64,000 bases of DNA from Candidatus Micrarchaeota archaeon (GCA_043827025.1 JBDRPL010000009.1:4075-68074); one strand, 5' to 3'. Counted from the stretch's first letter, positions 9,737 through 19,067 are shown. Notes: generated by a model not told the origin, from the letters alone. Translations and numbers: made by a program.

Positions 9737-10003
9737 TTATTCGATCTTTATTTCCACGCTTGGATTTATCTTTCTCCATTCTCCCATGTAGTTCTCCCAC
9801 AACGCCCTTATGGTCGAATCATATACCAAATTGTATTTTGATGCGACCTCTTTTGGCCTGTCGATTTCTATAAGAGGAAACCGCCTCATGAAGGAGATCT
9901 CGTCACGGAAGGGATTTCTTTCAATGACATATAGTCTTTTCTTTTCTCTTTTCTTGTCCTCACACCATTGGATTACTTTTTCAATTTCGTCCTTGGTTGT
10001 CAT
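9737..10003 (-). CDS. Hypothetical protein
   Basis: 88-aa ORF, protein-like composition, co-oriented with the hydrolase gene. Confidence 0.7.
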   Translation of the reverse strand: MTTKDEIEKVIQWCEDKKREKKRLYVIERNPFRDEISFMRRFPLIEIDRPKEVASKYNLVYDSTIRALWENYMGEWRKINPSVEIKIE

Positions 10004-10134
10004 ATTGTCATTTCACATGGGTTGTTTAAAATGTTGCCTTTTTTGTTAGCCTAAATGCAGCACGTTCGTCTTTTGTCGTCATTTTCTTCCAGTCCAAGTG
10101 ACAATTAAAAAGCTTTTGGTGGCATATTATTTTT

Positions 10135-10941
10135 ATGTTGGCTGAAGAGATTTTATCGCAGATAGATGTATTGCCAGTTAAAGAACTTTTACCTCATGAA
10201 GAAACGATATCTCTTAATCTGAAGAAGCTCAAGGAAGCAATGCTTAACATAGGCCATCTTGTAGATCCTGTTGTCATAGACAAAAAGACGAAACTGGTTC
10301 TCGACGGTCACCACAGAAGAAAGGTCCTTGACCTCATTGAATGTCCTAATGTCACCTGCCAGACTGTTGACTATATGAGTGACAAAATAACTGTTGGTTC
10401 GTGGTATCCTATATTTGACAATAAAAGTATTCGGGACGTCATTGCGACTCCGAATTTGAAATCAGAAGAGGTTGATTTTGAGGCTGGCCTCAATGCAGTG
10501 AATAAACTCCAGGCAGCATTTCTGATGTACCAGAATATTGATGGAAAGAAAAAAGCTTATTTGTTGAATCCTGGACATTATAAACTGAGAGAGATGATCG
10601 AAGAGCAGAACTTCGTATTCTCTACTATAAATGGTTCTATTAACTGGAGGTATATTTCAGACGATCTTGCAAGCAACTACCTTGAGACTGGGAGTACTGT
10701 GCTTTACAGGAGAATCTATTCAAAAGCAGAGATTGTGAAGATGGCACAGGACCACACCCCTTTTCCTCCGAAATCCACCCGGCATTGCATTCCTGACAGG
10801 ATTATCAGATTAAATATGAAATTAGGATGGTTGCACGAGGATAAGGACGAGGCATTCAACTATCTGAAGTCAATGCTTGAAAAGCGCCTTTATGAAGGCA
10901 ATGTAAGAAGGTATTCCGAGCCTGTGATTGTAATTTATTAA
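10135..10941 (+). CDS. serK: SerK-like ADP-dependent free serine kinase (ParB/Srx fold)
   Basis: PHEE, LDGHHR, WYP and FPPKSTRH match the Thermococcus SerK motifs PHEQ, VDGHHR, WYP, FSPKTTRH. Confidence 0.75.
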   Translation: MLAEEILSQIDVLPVKELLPHEETISLNLKKLKEAMLNIGHLVDPVVIDKKTKLVLDGHHRRKVLDLIECPNVTCQTVDYMSDKITVGSWYPIFDNKSIRDVIATPNLKSEEVDFEAGLNAVNKLQAAFLMYQNIDGKKKAYLLNPGHYKLREMIEEQNFVFSTINGSINWRYISDDLASNYLETGSTVLYRRIYSKAEIVKMAQDHTPFPPKSTRHCIPDRIIRLNMKLGWLHEDKDEAFNYLKSMLEKRLYEGNVRRYSEPVIVIY

Positions 10942-10972
10942 TTTTATTCGATTATTGCACTGTTGGTTCTAC

Positions 10973-11863
10973 ATGATCAAAAATCTCCTAAGGCAGACTT
11001 CAGTCATATTTTTGCTTGCGCTGGTTTTTGCATTTGTATCTCCTGGTTTTTCAACCACTGTAGATGATTATCTAACCCCATTGCTCATAGTTGCAATGAC
11101 CTTTTCTATTGTAGAAGTAAAATTCGATCTCCATACTTTCATAAAGGGAAAGGCATACCTCGCAAGGGCGTTTTTCTTTAATTATGTGGTCTGCACTGGA
11201 GTCACCCTTTTGCTTACCTACTTGCTAATTCAGGATCCTGACACTTTCAAGGGCATGGTGCTTTTTGCCTCAATTCCTTCTGCAGTTGGCGTTCTCTCCT
11301 ACTCGAAAATCCTGAAAGGCAATGGCGAATATGTCTTGAATGGGCAGATAATCCTCTATCTTGCCTCGCTTGTCTTGATGCCTTTAATAGTTTATTCCAT
11401 ATTGGGAACCTCAGTAGATACCTCAAAGCTTGTGGAAAGCCTTTTTCTTATGATTCTCCTTCCTCTTATTTTCTCTAGAATCGTAAGGAGGATGAACATC
11501 AAGAATCTTGCAGAATATGAAAAGATAATAATAAACATAGCATTCTTTTTCGTTTTCTATGCAGTACTTGGGCCGAACATGGACAAACTTGTTTTGAGTT
11601 CATTGACAATCGCTCTTTTCATGGTTTTCTTTTTCAGGAAGTTCATTGTGGGTACAATTGTCTTCTTTGCAGACAGATACTTAAAAGTGCCAAAGGATAT
11701 CGCAGTTGACGATGTTCTTTTCTCTACGTATAAGAACGAAGGGCTTGCAGTTGCGCTTGCAATGGCTCTTGCAGGCCCAGTTGCAGTATTTCCAGGGGCT
11801 ATAGTCACCATAGTTTCCGTATTCCTTTTCATTTATCTTGAGCAGATGTTTAAGATGTATTAG
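10973..11863 (+). CDS. Bile acid:sodium symporter (BASS) family transporter
   Basis: About 9-10 TM helices, PSAV/GNGE and KNEGLA Na-site-like motifs; ATG at 10973. Confidence 0.8.
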   Translation: MIKNLLRQTSVIFLLALVFAFVSPGFSTTVDDYLTPLLIVAMTFSIVEVKFDLHTFIKGKAYLARAFFFNYVVCTGVTLLLTYLLIQDPDTFKGMVLFASIPSAVGVLSYSKILKGNGEYVLNGQIILYLASLVLMPLIVYSILGTSVDTSKLVESLFLMILLPLIFSRIVRRMNIKNLAEYEKIIINIAFFFVFYAVLGPNMDKLVLSSLTIALFMVFFFRKFIVGTIVFFADRYLKVPKDIAVDDVLFSTYKNEGLAVALAMALAGPVAVFPGAIVTIVSVFLFIYLEQMFKMY

Positions 11864-11938
11864 TTGGCAGGGATTATGTCACCAGAGTTTACAGCACCTA
11901 TTTATTTTTTTTGTTTCATATTATTGGATGGTGAAATT

Positions 11939-13027
11939 ATGGTTTTATTAGGTCCAGGTCCGGTTCCTGTGCTACCCGAGATAAGCAATGCACAGACAAA
12001 GGAAATGATAACTCACAGAAGCAAGGAATTCACAGCACTTTATTCTGACCTTTGCACCAGATTAAGAGGTTATTTTGGCGCTGAGGAATCGTATGTCATC
12101 ACAGGTTCAGGAGCTCTTGGCCTTGAAGCACTGTTTGCTAATTTGACATTCAAGGATAAAGAAATAATCTGTTTTGCAAATGGGGAGTTTGGAGATAAAT
12201 TGGTTGAGACTGCGAATGTCTATACTGATTTTCGGGGATTCAATATAGGAGGGGTATTGCCTGAGGGAGGCATTGGCTGGAATCTTGAAAGGGCAAAAGC
12301 CCAGATTGACATTTCAAAGGCACAAGTCCTGGGAATGGTCTATAATGAGACTGGTTATGGCGTACGCAATCACATCAAGGAAATATGCAAGTATGCAAAA
12401 TCAAAAGGAATGATTACAATCATAGATGGTATTTCAGCATGGCCTGGAACTGAATTCAACATGAAGGAATTCCATGTGGATGGTTTTGTTACAGGGAGCC
12501 AGAAAGGCATCGGAGCGCCTCCTGGCATGGCCATGATTGGCCTGAGCAAAGAAGCTGTTAACATTTTTAGCAAAAGGAAAAGCATTCCTAGTTATTATCT
12601 TGACCTAAGAAGGCACAAGAAAAGATATGAAAAAGATCAGCAGACTCCAAATACACCTGCAATAAGTTTGTTTTGGGCATTGCAGAAGGCATTTGATATT
12701 CTTGATCGAGGCGGGGGGTTGCCAGCTTGCGTTAAACGTCATGCAGATGCAGCATCTCATGTTCGTTCGCGATTGACAAAGATGGGCTTTAGGTTGGTTG
12801 CAGAAAAAGGATTTGAATCCAATACAGTAACAGGTTTTGTTTGCGAAAGCCCAGAGCAGGCAAAGATGATAAAAGATAGATTAGACAAGGAGTTCCAGAT
12901 AAAGATTGTTGGCTGTAGAGGCTATTTCCTAAACAATGGACTAAGGATAGCTCACATGGGCAACTTCCAGATGAAATGGCTTGATGATTGTCTGGATGGG
13001 ATTGAGAAGATCATAAAAAAAGAATAA
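11939..13027 (+). CDS. Class V PLP aminotransferase (serine-pyruvate / phosphoserine aminotransferase-like)
   Basis: LGPGPVP, TGSG, NETG, IDGISA, TGSQKGIGAPPG (PLP Lys), NTPA; GGTGA RBS before ATG 11939. Confidence 0.9.
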   Translation: MVLLGPGPVPVLPEISNAQTKEMITHRSKEFTALYSDLCTRLRGYFGAEESYVITGSGALGLEALFANLTFKDKEIICFANGEFGDKLVETANVYTDFRGFNIGGVLPEGGIGWNLERAKAQIDISKAQVLGMVYNETGYGVRNHIKEICKYAKSKGMITIIDGISAWPGTEFNMKEFHVDGFVTGSQKGIGAPPGMAMIGLSKEAVNIFSKRKSIPSYYLDLRRHKKRYEKDQQTPNTPAISLFWALQKAFDILDRGGGLPACVKRHADAASHVRSRLTKMGFRLVAEKGFESNTVTGFVCESPEQAKMIKDRLDKEFQIKIVGCRGYFLNNGLRIAHMGNFQMKWLDDCLDGIEKIIKKE

Positions 13028-13029
13028 AG

Positions 13030-13434
13030 TTAAGCAGGCCGTCTTGTTTTTCCTGTCTTAACTGGAGTAGTTGCCTTAGGTTGTTCAAAGCTACCGGTAG
13101 CTGCTGGTAAACAGGCATCTCTTACTTGTCGAATGTATGTAGTTACCCTCTCTTGAGGCGTTTTTAATCCTGCAATCTTTTCTTCTCCAGCCCTTCTTAC
13201 AGCATCGCTCAAATCCCTTCTTTCAAGCAGTTTAGCAACAACACCAATACTTCCATTATGCTCATATGATTCTATGCTCCTAAGCAATGCCGGTTCTATT
13301 GCTTCTGTTAGTTGTGTAACTCCTTGTGATTGAACGTAATAATCAGCTAATGCATTCAACTTCTAGCTTCTAGCAAGCGCATCCAATGCATCTACAAAAT
13401 CTTCTTTGGTAACGTTATTCACTCCAGTTGTCAT
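13030..13434 (-). pseudogene. Orphan helical protein gene interrupted by an in-frame TAG (13363-13365)
   Basis: ATG 13434 with GAGTGGAG-like RBS reads MTTGVNNVTKEDFVDALDALARS*KLNALADYY..., continuing in frame into the 13030-13359 ORF. Confidence 0.6.
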
Positions 13435-13580
13435 ACATATCTCCACTCAAGAATATTAGACCTAACTGTTTTTAAATGTCGTGTTAACATATGTTAAATA
13501 CTGATTTATTAATGATCCCTACCATAACGAATGTATAAAAATATCATCTGTTTATCAACATTGAATTTTTTGGTGGTTTT

Positions 13581-13859
13581 ATGGTAGAACTGACGTATAA
13601 AGAAGACAATTACAAATCAGGCAGCGGTAAGGTCCTTTTGCAGACTTTGTATATAAAAAACAAAGGCAAGGTCATATGTGAATTATCTGGAAGAACAATT
13701 GGTGGCCTGCAGCAAATGAAGAAGTCTGATCCTAAGAATTATGAATCTACAATCAAGAGATATCTTGGGGAAGTCGTTAGGGGCTTGCCAAAAGAGGAAG
13801 CGGATGCAGTTATGAAGGAAGTTACTGAAAAGCTGAATTCATATAAGGATCTAATGTAA
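13581..13859 (+). CDS. Hypothetical protein
   Basis: 92-aa ORF with GGTGG RBS; no motif recognised. Confidence 0.75.
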   Translation: MVELTYKEDNYKSGSGKVLLQTLYIKNKGKVICELSGRTIGGLQQMKKSDPKNYESTIKRYLGEVVRGLPKEEADAVMKEVTEKLNSYKDLM

Positions 13860-13919
13860 GGATTCTAGTTATGCGAATGCTCTTGGCATAGCAAAAAAAT
13901 TAAAGGAGATGGTGAAACT

Positions 13920-14078
13920 ATGGGATGTGCAAAATGTGGTGCAAGCTCTATAAAGTCGACAGCTACGTGTTCTAAATGCAATGCAGGTTTTGGCCTTTGC
14001 CAGAATTGCATAAACAGTTGGAAAACATATGCCTGTCCTAGTTGCAAGACAACCTTTGCAAGCTGGAAAGGCATATAA
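13920..14078 (+). CDS. 52-aa protein with four CxxC motifs (double zinc finger)
   Basis: Below ORF-track cutoff. GGTGA RBS then MGCAKCGASSIKSTATCSKCNAGFGLCQNCINSWKTYACPSCKTTFASWKGI. Confidence 0.85.
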   Translation: MGCAKCGASSIKSTATCSKCNAGFGLCQNCINSWKTYACPSCKTTFASWKGI

Positions 14079-14157
14079 CCTTTTCTTTTTTTATCGAAAC
14101 ACAATTGTTTTAAATTCTTATTTCTTTATCTTATGCTATACTTTTAGGTTGATTTCT

Positions 14158-14355
14158 ATGGGAATAAAAATAAATCACGATGGTTGTATCCTATGTGTTG
14201 GATGTTCCTCAGTATGTCCTGCAGGGGCAATTGAAGTCGTAGGTACAAGGATGAAGGTTGACAACAGCAAGTGTATAAATTGTTCAATATGTGTAAAGGG
14301 CTGTCCTGCAAATGTTATCCATATGGATAAGGGACTCAAGACTTCTGAGGATTAG
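14158..14355 (+). CDS. 2x[4Fe-4S] ferredoxin
   Basis: CILCVGCSSVCP and CINCSICVKGCP motifs; ATG at 14158. Confidence 0.95.
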   Translation: MGIKINHDGCILCVGCSSVCPAGAIEVVGTRMKVDNSKCINCSICVKGCPANVIHMDKGLKTSED

Positions 14356-14370
14356 TCCCTATTTATCAAG

Positions 14371-15597
14371 GTGAAATTTATGGATTATGATCATGACATG
14401 ATTATCATTGGCGGCGGGCCATCTGGCTCAACATTGGCAAGGATTGCAGCAGGTGCAGGCCTTGATGTGTTAGTGGTGGACAAGAGGAAGCAGATTGGAG
14501 TTCCAGTCAGATGTGGTGAGGGTCTTGGGGAGCGAGAAGTGGTGGCAGAAGGCCTTGATCTTCCGAAGCAATGTATTTCAACAGACATTCACGGTGCAAA
14601 AGTAGTTGCGCCTAATGGCAAGTCTATAGTGTGGAAAGATGAACAGACAACTGGCTGGGTTCTTGAGAGAAAGGTGTTTGACCAATGGCTTTCAGAACTG
14701 GCAGTCAAAAAGGGAGCACAGTTTTTGACTTACACTCGAGCATCCGACATTCTAAAGGATGAGAAAGGAAAGCCATGCGGTGCAGTTTTGTCCAATGGCG
14801 GACGCGAACCTTACGAAGTAAGGGCACCATTGATTGTTTCTGCTGAAGGAATGGAAGCAATGATGGCAAGGAAGATGGGCTTCAAAACAGTTCATCAGTT
14901 GTATGACGTTGACACTTGTTATCAGTATGAGATGCAGGAATATGATCATGAGAATTTGATTGAATTATATTTTGGTAACCAAATCGCACCAAGAGGCTAT
15001 GTCTGGATTTTTCCAAAGGCAAACAAGAAAGCTAATGTTGGAATCGGAGTTGGTGGCCTTGTCACAAACGGAGATAAGCTTGGCGGAGTAAAAGGCGCAG
15101 CACCAAAGCCTTTGCTTGATGACTTTATTGAAAAGAATGATCAATTGAAGAAGGCAAGCAGACTTTGTAATTTTGGAGGGGTAATCTCAGTTGGTGCACC
15201 GTTGAGCGAGTTCGTTAGTGATAATTGCATGGCAATTGGAACAGCAGCAAAACAAGTCGATCCGATCCATGGAGGTGGAATCGCACTTGCAATGGAATCT
15301 GGGGTATTAGCTGCTGACACAATATTGAAAGCGTTTGAGAAGAAAGATTTTTCTAAGAATGCGCTTATGCCTTACCAGAACAACTGGAATTCAGGTCCAG
15401 GAAAAAAATGCGCCAAACGTCTATTGCTGAGAAAGGTAATGGAAAAGGTTAGTGATGATGATCTGAACTACATCTTCAACACAATTACGCCTAAAGACTT
15501 GGATGATACAATGGTGGGAAAGTTCGCAGGCCCGGTTGCAAAGGTCTTGGCAGGAAGACCAGGATTGTTGAAGATATTGGGTGCGTTGATAAGCTGA
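14371..15597 (+). CDS. Geranylgeranyl reductase family (digeranylgeranylglycerophospholipid reductase-like)
   Basis: IIGGGPSG FAD motif, VRCGEG, GYVWIFPK, DPIHGGGI. Confidence 0.9.
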   Translation: MKFMDYDHDMIIIGGGPSGSTLARIAAGAGLDVLVVDKRKQIGVPVRCGEGLGEREVVAEGLDLPKQCISTDIHGAKVVAPNGKSIVWKDEQTTGWVLERKVFDQWLSELAVKKGAQFLTYTRASDILKDEKGKPCGAVLSNGGREPYEVRAPLIVSAEGMEAMMARKMGFKTVHQLYDVDTCYQYEMQEYDHENLIELYFGNQIAPRGYVWIFPKANKKANVGIGVGGLVTNGDKLGGVKGAAPKPLLDDFIEKNDQLKKASRLCNFGGVISVGAPLSEFVSDNCMAIGTAAKQVDPIHGGGIALAMESGVLAADTILKAFEKKDFSKNALMPYQNNWNSGPGKKCAKRLLLRKVMEKVSDDDLNYIFNTITPKDLDDTMVGKFAGPVAKVLAGRPGLLKILGALIS

Positions 15598-15930
15598 TTG
15601 GATTACTGGAAATTTCTCCTATCCTATAATTTCAGTTATCCCAAGCCCGTCATTGCCATGTTTCAAATAGGCGTCTCCAAGCTCACCAACAATTGAACTT
15701 AGGCGATTATGGCCAAATATATCAAGCGCAATTTCGAATACCTGCGTTCCAATTTCTCTTTGTTTGCCTATTGCATAAAAGGCCAAAGCCATTTGCATAT
15801 CTTTTCCACGAACTCCAAGTCCTTTTCCTTCAAGCCGTTTGTATGTCCATCTGAAAAGTATACTAAGTTCTGCAGGAGTCATTCGTCGGCGTAGCGCAGT
15901 AAGTTCTTCTGAAGCATTTTGAATCTCAGC

Positions 15931-16611
15931 CCAAGGGGGGCACCCCCTTAGTCCGAGACCGCCCAAACCCCCCGCAGGGCTGAATTCCATCCGGTCTACG
16001 ACCGGTGGTCACCTGAGAAATGCCAAATTACTTATTCCTAAATAGAAAAAATCACACCAGTAGCCGGCGTGCCGCAGAGCGGCACACGGACCTTCACGAA
16101 AGGGGGCTACTGGATGTGAACATATGCAATATGTTAGCTATAGCTCTAGAAGAGGAAGACACCTGCTGCACATTTGCTTTAAGGTAAAGTATTGCCACAA
16201 TATATTTGACGACAAGAACATTCAAAAACGTTGTGAGGGCATTTTCAGGCAAGTGGAATCTCAAGAGAATAAATTTACCATTGAAGAACGGGGGTTTGAC
16301 AGAAATCATGTTCATTTTCTGGTTGAGCTGAGTCCAGATGCAAGTGAATCTTATTTTGCAAAGAAATTGAAAGGGACCTCTGCAAAATTTCTGCTTAGAG
16401 AATTTCCCTATCTGAAAAAGCAGTATTTCTGGGGTAGTGGACTATGGAATCCAGGTTATTTTTGTGATTCTGTTGGAGACTCTACCTATGACAGGGCAAA
16501 AGACTATATAAAAAATCAAGGTCTTCCTAGAGGCCAAACAACAATAAGCGGATTCTTCAATTAGGCGCTCAGGGATAGAAAACCACCAGTCTCTGACTGG
16601 TGGTCCTGAGC
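15931..16611 (+). mobile_element. IS200/IS605-family element, tnpA only, 681 bp
   Basis: Y1 transposase; GC-rich hairpins at both ends; boundaries fixed by in-frame host gene reconstruction; no target duplication beyond AGC microhomology. Confidence 0.85.
16124..16564 (+). CDS. tnpA: IS200/IS605 HUH Y1 transposase
   Basis: DRNHVHFLV (HUH), LKGTSA, LWNPGYF, catalytic YIKNQ. Confidence 0.95.
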   Translation: MQYVSYSSRRGRHLLHICFKVKYCHNIFDDKNIQKRCEGIFRQVESQENKFTIEERGFDRNHVHFLVELSPDASESYFAKKLKGTSAKFLLREFPYLKKQYFWGSGLWNPGYFCDSVGDSTYDRAKDYIKNQGLPRGQTTISGFFN

Positions 16612-16613
16612 GC
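16565..16613 (+). repeat. Right-end subterminal hairpin of the IS200-like element
   Basis: ACCACCAGTC-TCT-GACTGGTGGT (16582-16604) enclosed by GCGCTCAGG/CCTGAGCGC. Confidence 0.85.
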
Positions 16614-16802
16614 TAGTTAAGTATTTATTTTTCGGTTCGGATTTCGGTTTGGGAAGTGATATTTTTTCAGTAGGTATCAGTGTCCTTCCAATTACCTTTG
16701 TTTTTTGCATACTATTAAGGTGTTAAAAACTATTTAAAAATGTACCTTATGATTCCAAGACTTCTAAACAAGCTTTTTTAATCTGCCTTTCGATGTATCA
16801 AC

Positions 16803-17858
16803 ATGAAAGATGCTCCAGCTAAATCGTCAAGGGAAAGGCAGTTTAATATGATAACTGCAGCGATCCTTGTTTTGTTCCTGCTTTTTGTAGTGGGCTCGGC
16901 CATATGGGGTTATCTTGACTTCCTTTTCCTTGCACTTTTCCTTTTCGTGCTTCTCAATCCTGTTTATAAATTCCTAAGAAGCAAGGGGCTTGGTAAGACC
17001 ACTTCAGGTTTAGGCGCAATGTTAATAGGTTTCCTTGTCGTAGGCATTCCAGTTCTCATAGTTTCTGATCTGCTGGTGAAACAGACCCTGGGCATCATGG
17101 CAGAGGCCAAGCTATTTGATCAGAATACTCTTTCCCAAGGAGTTTCAGCATTGAATAACAACCTTAATTCATTAGATGGTATGTTCCCAGAATTGAACCT
17201 AAAATCCATAATCATAGATGGAGTTGGCAAAGCAGTCTCTGGTTTTGTAAATTTCATGACTTCACTTGTCATAAATTCCATTAAAAACATAGGTACTTTT
17301 GCTTTAGGTGCGCTGGTCACTGTTTTCACATTATTCTATCTATTGGTTGAGCAGGATATTTTTGCAAAGAACCTGAAAGAGTTATTTCCATTCAACCAGA
17401 AAAACACTAACATTTTATTCAATGAATTCAAGAAAATATTGTATTCCGCATTATTATGTACTGGTTTGGTTGCAGTGCTTCAGGCAGTTCCACTTACCCT
17501 GGTTTTCATGTATTACGGAGTCCAAGGCTCTGTTTTCTGGGGATTCGCTGCATTGGTATTGGCATGCGTGCCTTTTGTAGGCATACCCTTTGTTTGGATA
17601 CCTATTGCCGCAGCGGAGGCCCTGACTGGAAACCCTGGCGCAGCAATCGGAATTACAATAGCAGGTGTATTGCTTGCACTCTTGGAATACATAAGGCCTG
17701 CGCTTCAGAAAAAAGTAGGCAAGATCCATCCGCTGATAACAATAATTGGTTTGATAATCGGCCTTGCCAATTTCGGGATTCTCGGTCTTCTTATGGGTCC
17801 GATTTTGCTGAGCTTTTCGCTCCTGACCATAAAGATGTTCAAAGAGGAATATGTTTAA
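16803..17858 (+). CDS. AI-2E (PerM/UPF0118) family transporter
   Basis: Multiple TM helices, VPFVG, YIRP, IHPLITIIGLIIG...FGILGLLMGP. Confidence 0.9.
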   Translation: MKDAPAKSSRERQFNMITAAILVLFLLFVVGSAIWGYLDFLFLALFLFVLLNPVYKFLRSKGLGKTTSGLGAMLIGFLVVGIPVLIVSDLLVKQTLGIMAEAKLFDQNTLSQGVSALNNNLNSLDGMFPELNLKSIIIDGVGKAVSGFVNFMTSLVINSIKNIGTFALGALVTVFTLFYLLVEQDIFAKNLKELFPFNQKNTNILFNEFKKILYSALLCTGLVAVLQAVPLTLVFMYYGVQGSVFWGFAALVLACVPFVGIPFVWIPIAAAEALTGNPGAAIGITIAGVLLALLEYIRPALQKKVGKIHPLITIIGLIIGLANFGILGLLMGPILLSFSLLTIKMFKEEYV

Positions 17859-17871
17859 CCTTTAATTATGC

Positions 17872-18516
17872 TCATGCCAAAATCCCTGATCGGATGATGA
17901 AATAGATTCCAAACCCGAAGAATATCAGGCATACGAGGAGTTTTCCGTATTTTTTAACTGCTCTGTTTAGTCTGTCAAGGAATGGCTTTGATTTTTCAGG
18001 CATGAATGTAAATGCGACAAGCGGAAGAAGCGCTGGCATTATGAACAACATGTCTGCAAATGCAATAAGAACAAGTTTGTAAATGTTAGAAATGTCTGCA
18101 GCTGCAATTTCCTTGGCTGCTGTGAAATTAAGAAAAACAGCATCTATATTCGTTCCATTGACCATTACTCCAAGCAGGAAAAGCTTTAGCATTGCCGATT
18201 TTGATTCGCCTTTGACATTAACGTTGCCTTCCTTTGAAAATAGGCTGTAAAAACCGAAGACCATCATCAGCGAACCTATCAAAAAGTCTGCCATTTGCGG
18301 ATTCTGGAATTGGATCACTCCGTAGTTTCCTGAGCTGACAACAAAGCCTGCCAGCGCAAGAAGTATTGCAATGACTAATCCGCCAAGAATGAATGCAATT
18401 ATATTCGCTTTTTTTTCGGGGTTGCGCGCGAGCAGATATATGCTTATTGCAAGTATGCCTGGCGAAGCCATTGATGCAATTCCCAGCAAAAGGACGCTTA
18501 TGAATAATTCAAGCAT
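17872..18516 (-). CDS. GAP family (LysE-superfamily-like) membrane protein
   Basis: Six TM helices, MASPG near the N-terminus, NGTNID, LLPL pattern. Confidence 0.7.
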   Translation of the reverse strand: MLELFISVLLLGIASMASPGILAISIYLLARNPEKKANIIAFILGGLVIAILLALAGFVVSSGNYGVIQFQNPQMADFLIGSLMMVFGFYSLFSKEGNVNVKGESKSAMLKLFLLGVMVNGTNIDAVFLNFTAAKEIAAADISNIYKLVLIAFADMLFIMPALLPLVAFTFMPEKSKPFLDRLNRAVKKYGKLLVCLIFFGFGIYFIIRSGILA

Positions 18517-18518
18517 AG

Positions 18519-18998
18519 TTACTTCTTCGCCTTTCCTTTGCCTTTCAGTAAGGTCTTCTCATAGGATTGAATGAGTTTTTCGATTGTCTTTGATTCTTCT
18601 TTCAAAGCCCTTCCGACTCCTTCCAACATCTCTGGATTAATTTTCTGTGGATCCATTCCGGCAAGCGGTGATTGTTTTCCTGCAGCTGCTGCGCCTGGAT
18701 CTGTAACTTCTTGTTTCACAGCCATCGCTGCCCCGAGAATCTTCATGAATGAGCTCATTACCTGCTGTTTCAATGGCTCAGGCAATGCATTAAGCGCACC
18801 CTGGCCATTAGCCTCTTTGTCAGAAGCTTCAGCTATGAACTTTGCAAATTCCTTAGGCCTTTTCTTCTGTATTTTTGCTATGTCCAAGATCATTTCGCCT
18901 ATGTCTTCGACAATAGCATTCAGGTCGTTCAGTATGACGATTGATATGGGTTCCGTATCTTCCAAATAATCTTCATTTGATCTTTTTGCCCTTGGCAT
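18519..18998 (-). CDS. Hypothetical helical protein
   Basis: 159-aa ORF with GGTGG RBS, co-oriented with the GAP gene. Confidence 0.7.
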   Translation of the reverse strand: MPRAKRSNEDYLEDTEPISIVILNDLNAIVEDIGEMILDIAKIQKKRPKEFAKFIAEASDKEANGQGALNALPEPLKQQVMSSFMKILGAAMAVKQEVTDPGAAAAGKQSPLAGMDPQKINPEMLEGVGRALKEESKTIEKLIQSYEKTLLKGKGKAKK

Positions 18999-19067
18999 AT
19001 TACCACCGGAAGTATTGCTTCGCTAAGATTTATATTGTTTCTTCACCATATTCTTGCAGGTGTTTTC

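Larger units (their letters stand above)
15619..16710 (-). pseudogene. Orphan gene (136 aa reconstructed) split by the IS200-like insertion: parts 16612-16710 and 15619-15930
   Basis: Removing 15931-16611 joins MQKTKV...KNKYLTS (33 codons) in frame to AEIQNASEELT...ITEIIG. Confidence 0.8.

Noticed and set aside
15931-15990. N-terminus MEFSPAGGLGG... of ORF 15619-15990
   Set aside because: Read from the IS left end; the true 5' part lies at 16612-16710.
16565-16800. tnpB or omega-RNA cargo after tnpA
   Set aside because: The element ends 47 bp after the tnpA stop; no RuvC ORF.
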